Below are positions 20,705 through 28,984 of a DNA stretch of 49,868 nt, piece by piece (positions within the stretch are counted from its first letter, which is position 1; each line of letters opens with the position of its first letter). Origin of the DNA: a candidate division WOR-3 bacterium (lineage in GTDB: Bacteria > Hydrothermota > Tepidihabitantia > SM23-42 > CAYGYG01); NCBI GenBank assembly GCA_965648915.1, contig CBFGIV010000014.1, positions 1-49,868 of the forward strand. The letters are read 5' to 3'. A program made the translations under genes and the position numbers. The notes beneath the pieces are model-generated. The model ran no database searches and was not told where the DNA came from. It saw only the letters and a list, made by a program, of their open reading frames with translations.

Positions 20705-22372
20705 ATGGAAACTATCGGGCTTCTTCAGAATCGCTTCCGGATCATCCGCCATTATTTAACACCTCATAATTTCCGGGAGATTGTAAAAATTCTAAGTTTT
20801 ATCATCGTCATCAGCATCTTTATGATTGGCAGTTTCCTCTTCTTCTTCAAGGTCTTCAAATACTTAAAAGGCATCGAAGCCATCGGTTCCGCCCTGATCA
20901 CCAAGACAATTGAGACCGCCTTCTTTATCTTCTTCAATATGCTCGTCTTCAGTAATATCATCACCTCCTTCTCCACCTTCTATCGCAGTGGCGAATTGAA
21001 TCTCCTCTTCTCCCTCCCCATCCCACCTAAATCCATCTTCCTTGCCAAATTTCTGGAAAATAGTTTTTATGCATCCTGGGCAACTCTGATCTTCTCTCTT
21101 CCCCTCATCCTCTCCTTCGGACTGATTATGCAGGTTGACCCGATTTATTATCCTCTGACCATCATCGCCCTGATCCCCTTTATGATTATACCAACCTCAA
21201 TCGGCAGTCTGATAACTATCTTTTTATCTAAATTGTTCCCGGGGTTAAAACCGAGAGAGATCATCATCACAAGTCTTATCTTAATTGGTGGTCTCTCTTT
21301 TCTCTACATCAGAGCCAGCAATCCCGCAATCTTTAAGATCTTCGAGACTGAAAACGAAGAGGATTTGATAAAGTTTGTCTCGAATCTGGGTTCAATCGGT
21401 GCGGTCTATCTCCCCAGCACCTGGCTGGTCCATATCCTGAATGGATTTCTGCCCGTCTTTCATTTAGAGGGGTTACAATACTTTCTGGTCTTAATCTTTA
21501 CCGGGGTCTCGACCCTGATAATTGCGACACTCATCTCTGACCGGATTTACCGCTCCTCTTATCTCTCCATCGCCGAACAGATGGGTGGCCGGGTTAAGAA
21601 AAAAGGAAAGTCTCTGCTGATAAAATATGGTGGTACACCCGGAAGGTCGATTTTGCTTAAAGATATATTGATCTTTATCCGCGACCCATCTCAATCGGTC
21701 CAACTCATCATCTTTTTTGGGCTGATCATCATCTATATCTTCAGTCTGCGTCGCACCCCGATCTATTTTACCATCCCCCTGTGGCGGACCGTAATCGCCT
21801 TTGCCAATCTCGGTTATGTCAGTTTTGTCCTCGCGACACTGGGCGTCAGATTTATCTTCCCGGCAATCAGTCTCGAAGGCGAAAGTATCTGGTTTCTACG
21901 CTCGGCCCCGATCACAACCAGCAAGGTCTTCAAGATAAAATACCTCTTCAATCTGATTGTCGTCTTTTTATTGATTGAGATTCTCTCTTTGATGTGCAAT
22001 CTGGTCATAAAGACCGATACTTACTTTATCGTCCTCTCGGCCCTGGTCTTCATCTTTGTTGGCGCCTCATTTGTTTCGATCAATCTTGGTCTGGGCGCTC
22101 TCTTACCCCAGTTCAACGAATCCAATCCCTCAAAAATTGCATCCGGTGCGGGTGGCGTCTTTGCGGCTCTGGCCAGCCTCGCCTATGTCGGAATATTGGT
22201 CACCATCCTGGCCGGTCCGGTTCACAGTATCCTGACCAGTCATTTCTGGGGACGCCATATGCGACCATCGATGATTGTGCTCTCGGTCATCGCTTTTATT
22301 GTTTTGAACTTTACCGCAACTTTTGTGCCGATTAGCCTGGGAATAAAATCCTTAAAGGATTGTGAAATTTAG
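20705..22372 (+). CDS. ABC-2 type exporter permease (large)
   Basis: Many TM segments; follows the ATPase; FPAISLEG motif. Confidence 0.85.
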   Translation: METIGLLQNRFRIIRHYLTPHNFREIVKILSFIIVISIFMIGSFLFFFKVFKYLKGIEAIGSALITKTIETAFFIFFNMLVFSNIITSFSTFYRSGELNLLFSLPIPPKSIFLAKFLENSFYASWATLIFSLPLILSFGLIMQVDPIYYPLTIIALIPFMIIPTSIGSLITIFLSKLFPGLKPREIIITSLILIGGLSFLYIRASNPAIFKIFETENEEDLIKFVSNLGSIGAVYLPSTWLVHILNGFLPVFHLEGLQYFLVLIFTGVSTLIIATLISDRIYRSSYLSIAEQMGGRVKKKGKSLLIKYGGTPGRSILLKDILIFIRDPSQSVQLIIFFGLIIIYIFSLRRTPIYFTIPLWRTVIAFANLGYVSFVLATLGVRFIFPAISLEGESIWFLRSAPITTSKVFKIKYLFNLIVVFLLIEILSLMCNLVIKTDTYFIVLSALVFIFVGASFVSINLGLGALLPQFNESNPSKIASGAGGVFAALASLAYVGILVTILAGPVHSILTSHFWGRHMRPSMIVLSVIAFIVLNFTATFVPISLGIKSLKDCEI

Positions 22373-22489
22373 CAACCTTTTCAATTCCTTATATACCTCC
22401 ATTATTTTCTTCTAAGTCAGCGCACTTTTTTCAAACCTGTATCGAATCTTTATCTACCGTCTTATCTGCCAATTCGGCAAATCTAATTT

Positions 22490-23845
22490 TTACCAGCCTG
22501 AAGCAAAAAGTCTCTTTGCCGTATTCAAACTACATTTTTGATATTTATTATATGCTCGGGCAGCACACATCAAAATCTCTTCCCCGCTTTCTAATCTTAT
22601 CCAGCCATCAATTACTGATTTTAAGGTATAGGCTTCAGGGACAAGCAAACCGGTTGTCCATAATAGAGGGTAGCCCCCCAGTGAATCCAGGATATTATAA
22701 AAACTATTTTTGCTCAAACAGGCGAGAATAATCACATCCTTTGGAATTTTAATCTCTGCCGGCTCGGGCAGGCTATCCAGATTAAAGTCCAGTAATCCAT
22801 TATGACCGACATAACAAATTAATTGCGGGGCTACTCCATTTTTAAACTTTAAATTGGTGTCATTCGTGATTATTTCGTTTTCCATCCGTAAGATTGTATC
22901 TTTTGCAACTGCATTCAGGAAATCCATTATTGCCTTCTTTATTGCGCTTCCCCTGTAGGCATCAGCAATCAGATAAATATTTTTATCTTTTCTTTTAAAA
23001 AAACACCTTTCAAGAATCTCCGCGTTGAGATTATTGATACTCGCTATCATTTGCCATTCTTTACTCTTCTTAAAGTATGTCTTCACGCCGTTGTTTGCAC
23101 CCCAGTATAAATTACTTTTCGGATCATCACCATTGCCCAATCCTGGTGCAACCGGCACAATTCCTTGATGCTCATTATCACACAAAGATACAATCGTGTA
23201 AATTACAATTGGCTGATTATCGGCCATCGATTTTCGTAAGTTCTTGATTATTCCTGCATGCGGTTCCCTCGGCCGTGTTACAAAAATCGCATCAAAATAA
23301 ATCTCATTCAAAGGCTCAATGACAACCTTATCGCCGGGTCTTGCATTTAAGCATAAAGGGGATCCGCTTGAATCAAAACCCGCAAAAATCCCCATATGCC
23401 AGACCCAGTAAGGAATGCTATCTATATATACAAGGGGAATATCAGTATCATAAACCCTTTCTTTTACTAAAAAATATATCACATCACCCTTTTTAAGTTT
23501 TGCTCCTTTTAAACTTTTTTTCAATACACCATCCAGTCCATTTACCGGTCTTCCCAATTTTCCGCTTTTAACCAATGCAGAGGGATAAACGCTCAATTGA
23601 CGCCAGTCCTTGCCTGTAACATCTTGATACGCAAGAAATAATAATCCCATACAATCTAATTTCTCTTTGGACCTCCCACCCCAGACAAATGGAACACCAA
23701 GATATTTTTCCGCCGCCTTAAAAAATCTCTCACCAATAGGCGTCTCGGTTAAATCAACACCTCCTTGTGCCAAAAGTAGCGTCGAAACACTCAGAGACAA
23801 AACCAAAAAATTCCTTAGAAGAATTGAAACCTTTGCCAGATTCAT
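22490..23845 (-). CDS. Secreted NlpC/P60 peptidase fused to an uncharacterised His/Cys-motif domain
   Basis: Signal peptide; YLGVPFVWGG..LDCMG and HMGIF (NlpC/P60); second domain with LCDN, NLYWG, YVGHNG, ILACLS. Confidence 0.7.
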   Translation of the reverse strand: MNLAKVSILLRNFLVLSLSVSTLLLAQGGVDLTETPIGERFFKAAEKYLGVPFVWGGRSKEKLDCMGLLFLAYQDVTGKDWRQLSVYPSALVKSGKLGRPVNGLDGVLKKSLKGAKLKKGDVIYFLVKERVYDTDIPLVYIDSIPYWVWHMGIFAGFDSSGSPLCLNARPGDKVVIEPLNEIYFDAIFVTRPREPHAGIIKNLRKSMADNQPIVIYTIVSLCDNEHQGIVPVAPGLGNGDDPKSNLYWGANNGVKTYFKKSKEWQMIASINNLNAEILERCFFKRKDKNIYLIADAYRGSAIKKAIMDFLNAVAKDTILRMENEIITNDTNLKFKNGVAPQLICYVGHNGLLDFNLDSLPEPAEIKIPKDVIILACLSKNSFYNILDSLGGYPLLWTTGLLVPEAYTLKSVIDGWIRLESGEEILMCAARAYNKYQKCSLNTAKRLFASGW

Positions 23846-24055
23846 ATTATTTCTTACTCCAAGAATATTTTGGCGTTCGATCAATTTATGGCAAAATCAA
23901 GGTCAACTTCAAAATGATAGAGAATAGGCAAAATACTATCTTCGCACCAGAAATGTTGAAAGCAGACCATGTAAGATCTCGGGCCATACCACATGCATTC
24001 CCACTGCATAATTAATAACAAACATCTTGAAAAAAACCCATAATGGTCATTTGTG

Positions 24056-24517
24056 CACAAATTCGAATTTGTGAGCTGATGATTATTTCCTCTTCTTACT
24101 TTTCTTAATCAACTCAATTAGGGCCTCATTGAAGGATCTATTTTTATCTCGGTTTAATGAATAATAGACCAAAACATTTCTCCGCACACCTTTAATCAAA
24201 TCTTCTCGCTCAAGGATCTTCAAATTTCTGCACGCCGTTGCCCGAGGTATGTTTAGCATTTCTGAGAACTCATCGGCAGTCAATGCACTTCTATCCAGCA
24301 GGATTTCAATCATTCTCAGCCTCGTCTTATTAGCCAAAGCCTTAAATAACTTTAGTAAGAAATTCATCGATCACCCACCTTCTAATACCTGTTCACAAAT
24401 GCGAATTTGTGCATTATCTTCTTAAATACTCTAATAGTATTAATCGTAATCTTAGATTATATCCACAATTAGTATTAAATCAAGATAAAACCATCTGCTC
24501 AGAAATTCGAATTTGTG
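24056..24517. repeat. Three copies of 18-bp palindrome CACAAATTCGAATTTGTG (probable ArsR operators)
   Basis: Perfect copy at 24056-24073; single-mismatch copies at 24394-24411 and 24500-24517. Confidence 0.8.
24083..24367 (-). CDS. ArsR/SmtB-family transcriptional regulator
   Basis: LFKALANKTRLRMI, HTH segment, LKILE..LI, VYYSL. Confidence 0.9.
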   Translation of the reverse strand: MNFLLKLFKALANKTRLRMIEILLDRSALTADEFSEMLNIPRATACRNLKILEREDLIKGVRRNVLVYYSLNRDKNRSFNEALIELIKKSKKRK

Positions 24518-24676
24518 AAATATTTCTATCACAATGAGTCCAGAGATGAATTATATCACATTGAACCTTTTTCATCATTTTGGAGTCTCATTTAACCTTA
24601 CAGATATTATGCTCTTTATTATTCAAATTTAGTATCTTTCCCCCGGGAGCCCTAAAGTTAAATCCGCTTTAAATTT

Positions 24677-24717
24677 TGTTGCATCTTCGCAACAGATTAG
24701 GTTGCATTCCTGCAACA
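24677..24717 (+). promoter_or_regulatory. Tandem palindromic enhancer (UAS) sites for a sigma54 activator
   Basis: TGTTGC-N6-GCAACA (24677-24694) and GGTTGC-N6-GCAACA (24700-24717), about 135-175 bp upstream of the predicted start site. Confidence 0.7.
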
Positions 24718-24823
24718 TTTTACTGGTGGGTAATGATAAAAATTAAATGACAAGGCAATCTCATCTGCTAATAATTTCCAATATTCCATTTGTTATAATC
24801 TTCTGTCGATTTATCAGTGTGGC

Positions 24824-24839
24824 GGGCACATATTTTGCT
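24824..24839 (+). promoter_or_regulatory. Sigma54 (-24/-12) promoter
   Basis: GGGCACATATTTTGCT matches (T)GGCAC-N5-TTGCW with GG-N10-GC; predicted +1 near 24850. Confidence 0.75.
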
Positions 24840-24850
24840 AAAATTATTTA

Positions 24851-25027
24851 ATGATGTCAAACAACGATCAATCAAAATCGACCACCGGCATCAAAGAAGT
24901 CACCGAAAAAGCCGAATATGACCATATCGTCCGGGTGTTAAAATCGGTAAACTGGAAAATAGCCAAAGCCGCCGAAATCCTCAAAATCGACCGCTCAACC
25001 CTTTTCCGGAAGATGAGGAAGTATTAA
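24851..25027 (+). CDS. Stand-alone Fis-type (HTH_8) DNA-binding mini-protein, 58 aa, absent from the ORF track
   Basis: Hand translation MMSNNDQSKSTTGIKEVTEKAEYDHIVRVLKSVNWKIAKAAEILKIDRSTLFRKMRKY*; matches the C-terminal HTH pattern of NtrC-like activators. Confidence 0.8.
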   Translation: MMSNNDQSKSTTGIKEVTEKAEYDHIVRVLKSVNWKIAKAAEILKIDRSTLFRKMRKY

Positions 25028-25150
25028 ATAAGGATAACAACCGATAAGAGAGCAGGAATTGGTTCTTTGAAAAATCCTGTGGATTATCAGAGGCATTATG
25101 CGCCCGTCCACGGCGGGCAAGGAATCTCATTTTTAATCTGTTCTTAGGTA

Positions 25151-25287
25151 TTTAGGCAATTGCCTAAACTGGTGGCACCGAGACCCGTTAGATCTGTTCA
25201 CAAAGCGGGGCCGGCTCGTTGGATGATTCTGCACCATCTAACGGGTCGACCAAGGACGAAGGCTCAACCCCGCAGGTGCGGCGGGGG
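25151..25287 (+). ncRNA. Candidate structured cis-regulatory RNA leader (unassigned family)
   Basis: GC-rich patch in AT-rich DNA; perfect 12-bp stem 25182-25193/25236-25247, alternative GCGGGG/CCCCGC and GCACC/GGTGC pairings, and an 18-bp palindrome at 25151-25168. Confidence 0.45.
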
Positions 25288-25308
25288 AAATTCAAAAAAG
25301 GAGTAAAA

Positions 25309-26400
25309 ATGATTAACAAACTTATTATATTAATAATCATTATAGGGTGTTTATTTGTCTATGCTCAAGATGAATATAATATGCAGGAGACAAATGTGCT
25401 TCCTACTGGTTCAGTAATAGATCTGCGAAAGGGAAAGCAAATTGATATCGCCATACCTCAACTTATTGATGATGTATCATTAAGAAATGATGCAACTATA
25501 CGCGATATAAAAAAATTACCGATGGGTGTCGTAATAGACTTACGTACTGGTAAACAAGTAAATATTCCTCCTCCTAAATTAATTAACGAGGAACATAATC
25601 CAGATCTCACATTTGCAACTTATTGGCAGAGACTGCGGATAGACTCTATAAGTGGGAGTGTACAGTTAACCGGTAATAATCCTAATGGTAATGGTAGCTA
25701 CTATCGAAGTGGAACAGAAAGCAGGAATGTAGGAGGTAATGACGGCTGGGTATGGGTAGTCTATGTGCGTGGAGGTTTTTTACGTTATAGAATGTTTTAT
25801 GATAACATTCTCCCGTACACAACCGCAATATGTACAACATCATGGAGGATTCACGGAACAACTATCGGTGGAGTACCAAGAACAATGTGGTGGGTTAGCA
25901 TGAATACTCTCTATTACGCGCATACATCACCCGCTCCCGGGGATAGATGGCAAACCTGGGTTTGGAATATCCCCAGAAGTTACTGGCAGTGGGATAACCA
26001 CGATGATACACTAAAAGTAGGTATTCAGGATACCAGTGCATCCGTTTTATGGATAAGATTTGAATATGGAATAACCTATAATGTGTATCTGAGTGGCATC
26101 GAAGAAAATATAAATAACTCTGTTCACAAGCCACAATTCAACATCTCTCCAAATCCTGTAGCCAATAAATCAATTATAGAATTTATGCTGCCTAATGAAT
26201 GTGATGTAGATCTTAAAATCTACGATGCTAATGGCAGTGAAGTAGCGACTCTGGTGAATAGCATTCGGAAAGCAGGTCATCATAAAGTTACTTGGAATAT
26301 AAATAACAGTTCCAAAAAAGAAATACCAAATGGTGTTTACTTCGCCCGACTTAAAGCAGGCGCTTTAACTATTACTAAGAAAGTGACTGTTGTGCGATAA
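25309..26400 (+). CDS. Secreted Trp-rich protein with C-terminal sorting domain (paralog 1)
   Basis: AAGGAG RBS before ATG 25309, signal peptide ending VYA, SGIEE linker, PNP...IPNGVYF domain. Confidence 0.8.
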   Translation: MINKLIILIIIIGCLFVYAQDEYNMQETNVLPTGSVIDLRKGKQIDIAIPQLIDDVSLRNDATIRDIKKLPMGVVIDLRTGKQVNIPPPKLINEEHNPDLTFATYWQRLRIDSISGSVQLTGNNPNGNGSYYRSGTESRNVGGNDGWVWVVYVRGGFLRYRMFYDNILPYTTAICTTSWRIHGTTIGGVPRTMWWVSMNTLYYAHTSPAPGDRWQTWVWNIPRSYWQWDNHDDTLKVGIQDTSASVLWIRFEYGITYNVYLSGIEENINNSVHKPQFNISPNPVANKSIIEFMLPNECDVDLKIYDANGSEVATLVNSIRKAGHHKVTWNINNSSKKEIPNGVYFARLKAGALTITKKVTVVR

Positions 26401-26415
26401 AAATGTAGCTCTTTA

Positions 26416-26440
26416 GGGAGCGGGCATATTGCCCGCTCCC
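26416..26440. terminator. Strong intergenic hairpin (terminator-like or mRNA-stabilising)
   Basis: GGGAGCGGGCA-TAT-TGCCCGCTCCC, 11-bp stem, without a clear U-tract. Confidence 0.5.
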
Positions 26441-26468
26441 GATCAATTCACCAAAATTAGGAGGACTT

Positions 26469-27466
26469 ATGAAAAAAACGTGTGGGATTTTGATCGGTAG
26501 TATTTTTCTTGGGCAACATATAAAAATATGTGCTCAACTACGCGTGTAAAATCTTTAAATAGTTCAATAGATTTAACATCAGTCAAGTCGCTAATTAACG
26601 ATCTACCAAGGATGATGGATTCTACTATAAAAATTGAGAATAATTCCTTTCTTGATTATTATGATAGAGATACAATTCAACTTCTTTTTCATAGTGAATC
26701 ACTTGATACGCATACAGGAACATGGCGTCAGACGACGAATAATCCGAACGGGGCTGCAATAATAATGATGTCGGGAGCAAGTGTGGTTTATCGGCCTAGC
26801 GGCTGGCCTGCATACATAGTGGTTATATTTATGAGAGGTGGCTATGTTAGATTTAGGTTCGATTTTCGCAATATCTTTCCCACATCAAGCACAGCTTGCA
26901 CACTGCGCTGGTATATTCATGGCACAACCTCTGGAGGCATAGTTAGAACAGCATGGTTCGTTAGATTTAATGCTAACCGGTATAACCACAACCAGAGGAT
27001 GAGCAATAACTGGGAACATTGGTACTGGCCTATTCCTGTAAGTGAATGGCATTGGAACGCTTACGACACAGTTGATATCGGTTTACAAGATACCAGTGCC
27101 GCAGTCTTATATTTATGGTGGTTAAAACTTAAAGTTCATAATGTAATTGTAAGGGTGGGCATCGGAGAAGAACAAAATTCACAAATTGAATCTAATCTGG
27201 ATTTCAATCTTCTCCCCAATCCTATAAGTAATAAAGCTATTACAGAATACATACTTCCTAAAAAATCGTATGTCGATCTGAAAGTCTTCGATGTCCACGG
27301 TCGTGAAGTTGCGGTGCTTGTGAATGGTAAACAAACCGCCGGTCACCATCAAGTCACCTGGGATATTCGAAATATCCCAAAAAAGAAATTACCCAACGGT
27401 GTTTATTTCTGCCGATTGAAATATGGCACGCTTACAGATACGAGGAAAGTAATTATTTGCAGGTAA
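26469..27466 (+). CDS. Secreted Trp-rich protein with C-terminal sorting domain (paralog 2); signal peptide out of frame
   Basis: GGAGG RBS with ATG 26469 (MKKTCGILIGSI); the main frame resumes after the T5 run at 26503-26507; shares motifs with paralog 1. Confidence 0.7.
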
Positions 27467-27500
27467 AATTAAAAAACGATTGTGAGTTGAGAGTTTTATC

Positions 27501-28904
27501 GTGTTTATAAAAATATTTATCAATGCCGCCTGGAGCGCAATCATTTTTATAACTTTACTATTGGCAATCGGATATGTTGTTGATAGCGTTTCATATATTC
27601 CCCTCAAACATATGGGCAATCAAGCACTTTCTGACCTTAAAACCAACATAAGGAGGGAAGATAATGCCTGGGATTTTTATGTTCAGTTTAGTGACAGGAT
27701 AAAAGAAAGGACATTTAATAAAGATATCGAAGATTATATACGGGGCGATATTGCTCCCACCAGCGCGTTAGAAAAAATTATCAAAGAAAATCAAGATATT
27801 TTTCATTTACTTAGGGAAGGTACAAAACTTGCCAACTGTTCTTCACCACTCGACTATGAGAAAGGCTGTGAGCATTCACTACCAGATTACTTATCTTTAC
27901 AAAAAGTTGGACGTCTGATTGCTGCCAGGTCATTACTGAATTTCGAGAACAACAGACTTGACGAAGGTTTCATGGACCTAACTATGGGTCTGACATTTTC
28001 AAAACATATAATTTCAAGCTCACCGATGGTACTTACTCATATGGTTGGAATCATTTTATTCAAATATAATTTAAAAGTTCTCGAGATTGCACTGGCATCA
28101 GGAATCCTTAGTAAAAGCCAACTTAAAATTACAGATTCTATTCTATCTGATATTGGAAATAACCTTCCGCTTTTAAGTTGGGCAAAGAAAGGTGATATCG
28201 GAGAATTGAAAATAAGTATGTCAAATATCCCTTTTTATCAACCTGTTGAACATATTCTCTTAAAAATGTTCAGTATCGAGGCAGTTATTTCAAACGGAAA
28301 ATCCTCTAAAATTAATACAAAATGGCAGCCTTCGTTTAAATATAACATAAAGGCATTTCTAATTAGACCAATGTGCTGGCGGTATCTTCTTGCCCCCAGA
28401 CTGGCAATGATACAACATTTCAAATTTTTTGATCGTATAATCGCATCGCTTGAGAAATCAGAAACTGAATTTATTGAAAAAGAAGTGGATAATAAAAGGT
28501 CGTTCGACTTCGTTGAAGAAGCGGAAACCAGAAAATATGTGCACATAAATCCTATTTCTGCGATTATTATACCAAATTATCCAGCAGTGCTCGGCCGAAA
28601 AAAACAACTATTGGCAAATGTGAGACTTTTAAACCTGGCCACACTTATCTGGCTATATTATATCGAACACCATCGATTTCCCGAATCACTTGAAGAAATA
28701 GGTGGCAAGGTTATTATCGATCCTTATGAGCAAAAATTATGGAATTATTCATCAGCACGTGATTCGGTTGTTATTAAATATACATTCCCTGTTGGGGTAT
28801 CGCGCCCTGAGGAAAAATTGCTGATCCTGAAGAAATCAAATGTGAAGCAATATCGTATTAATCAAAAAAACAGAATGAAAAAAATTGAACGATTTAATAA
28901 TTAA
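27501..28904 (+). CDS. Membrane-anchored helical hypothetical protein with a GspG-like C-terminal motif
   Basis: N-terminal TM segment; YYIEHHRFPESLEEI...IDPY resembles the pseudopilin YxxxxGxYPxxLxxL..DP motif. Confidence 0.6.
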   Translation: MFIKIFINAAWSAIIFITLLLAIGYVVDSVSYIPLKHMGNQALSDLKTNIRREDNAWDFYVQFSDRIKERTFNKDIEDYIRGDIAPTSALEKIIKENQDIFHLLREGTKLANCSSPLDYEKGCEHSLPDYLSLQKVGRLIAARSLLNFENNRLDEGFMDLTMGLTFSKHIISSSPMVLTHMVGIILFKYNLKVLEIALASGILSKSQLKITDSILSDIGNNLPLLSWAKKGDIGELKISMSNIPFYQPVEHILLKMFSIEAVISNGKSSKINTKWQPSFKYNIKAFLIRPMCWRYLLAPRLAMIQHFKFFDRIIASLEKSETEFIEKEVDNKRSFDFVEEAETRKYVHINPISAIIIPNYPAVLGRKKQLLANVRLLNLATLIWLYYIEHHRFPESLEEIGGKVIIDPYEQKLWNYSSARDSVVIKYTFPVGVSRPEEKLLILKKSNVKQYRINQKNRMKKIERFNN

Positions 28905-28984
28905 TGATTGCAATTTTTTTATTTCGATTATTCTTAATTCTGGGCAACAGATTTATGCGTAACCTAAAAAGACAAGGAGTTAGA

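Noticed and set aside
23767..24015. 82-aa plus-strand ORF between the NlpC/P60 gene and arsR
   Set aside because: It overlaps the 5' end of the minus-strand gene and has no RBS or motif.
24056..24517. Repeated palindromes as a CRISPR array or integron attC sites
   Set aside because: Only three 18-bp copies with irregular spacing, one interval holding a whole gene; no cas or integrase gene in the window.
25173..25188. TGGCAC as an additional sigma54 -24 element
   Set aside because: No TTGC at the -12 position; the sequence there is CCCGT.
25219..25308. N-terminal extension of the 393-aa ORF from TTG 25219
   Set aside because: The RBS and signal peptide point to ATG 25309; the extension overlaps the structured leader.
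28904..28984. Longer start for the protease, or a sigma54 promoter at GGGCAACAGATTTATGC
   Set aside because: The RBS supports ATG 28985, and the GG-to-GC spacing is 12 nt rather than 10.
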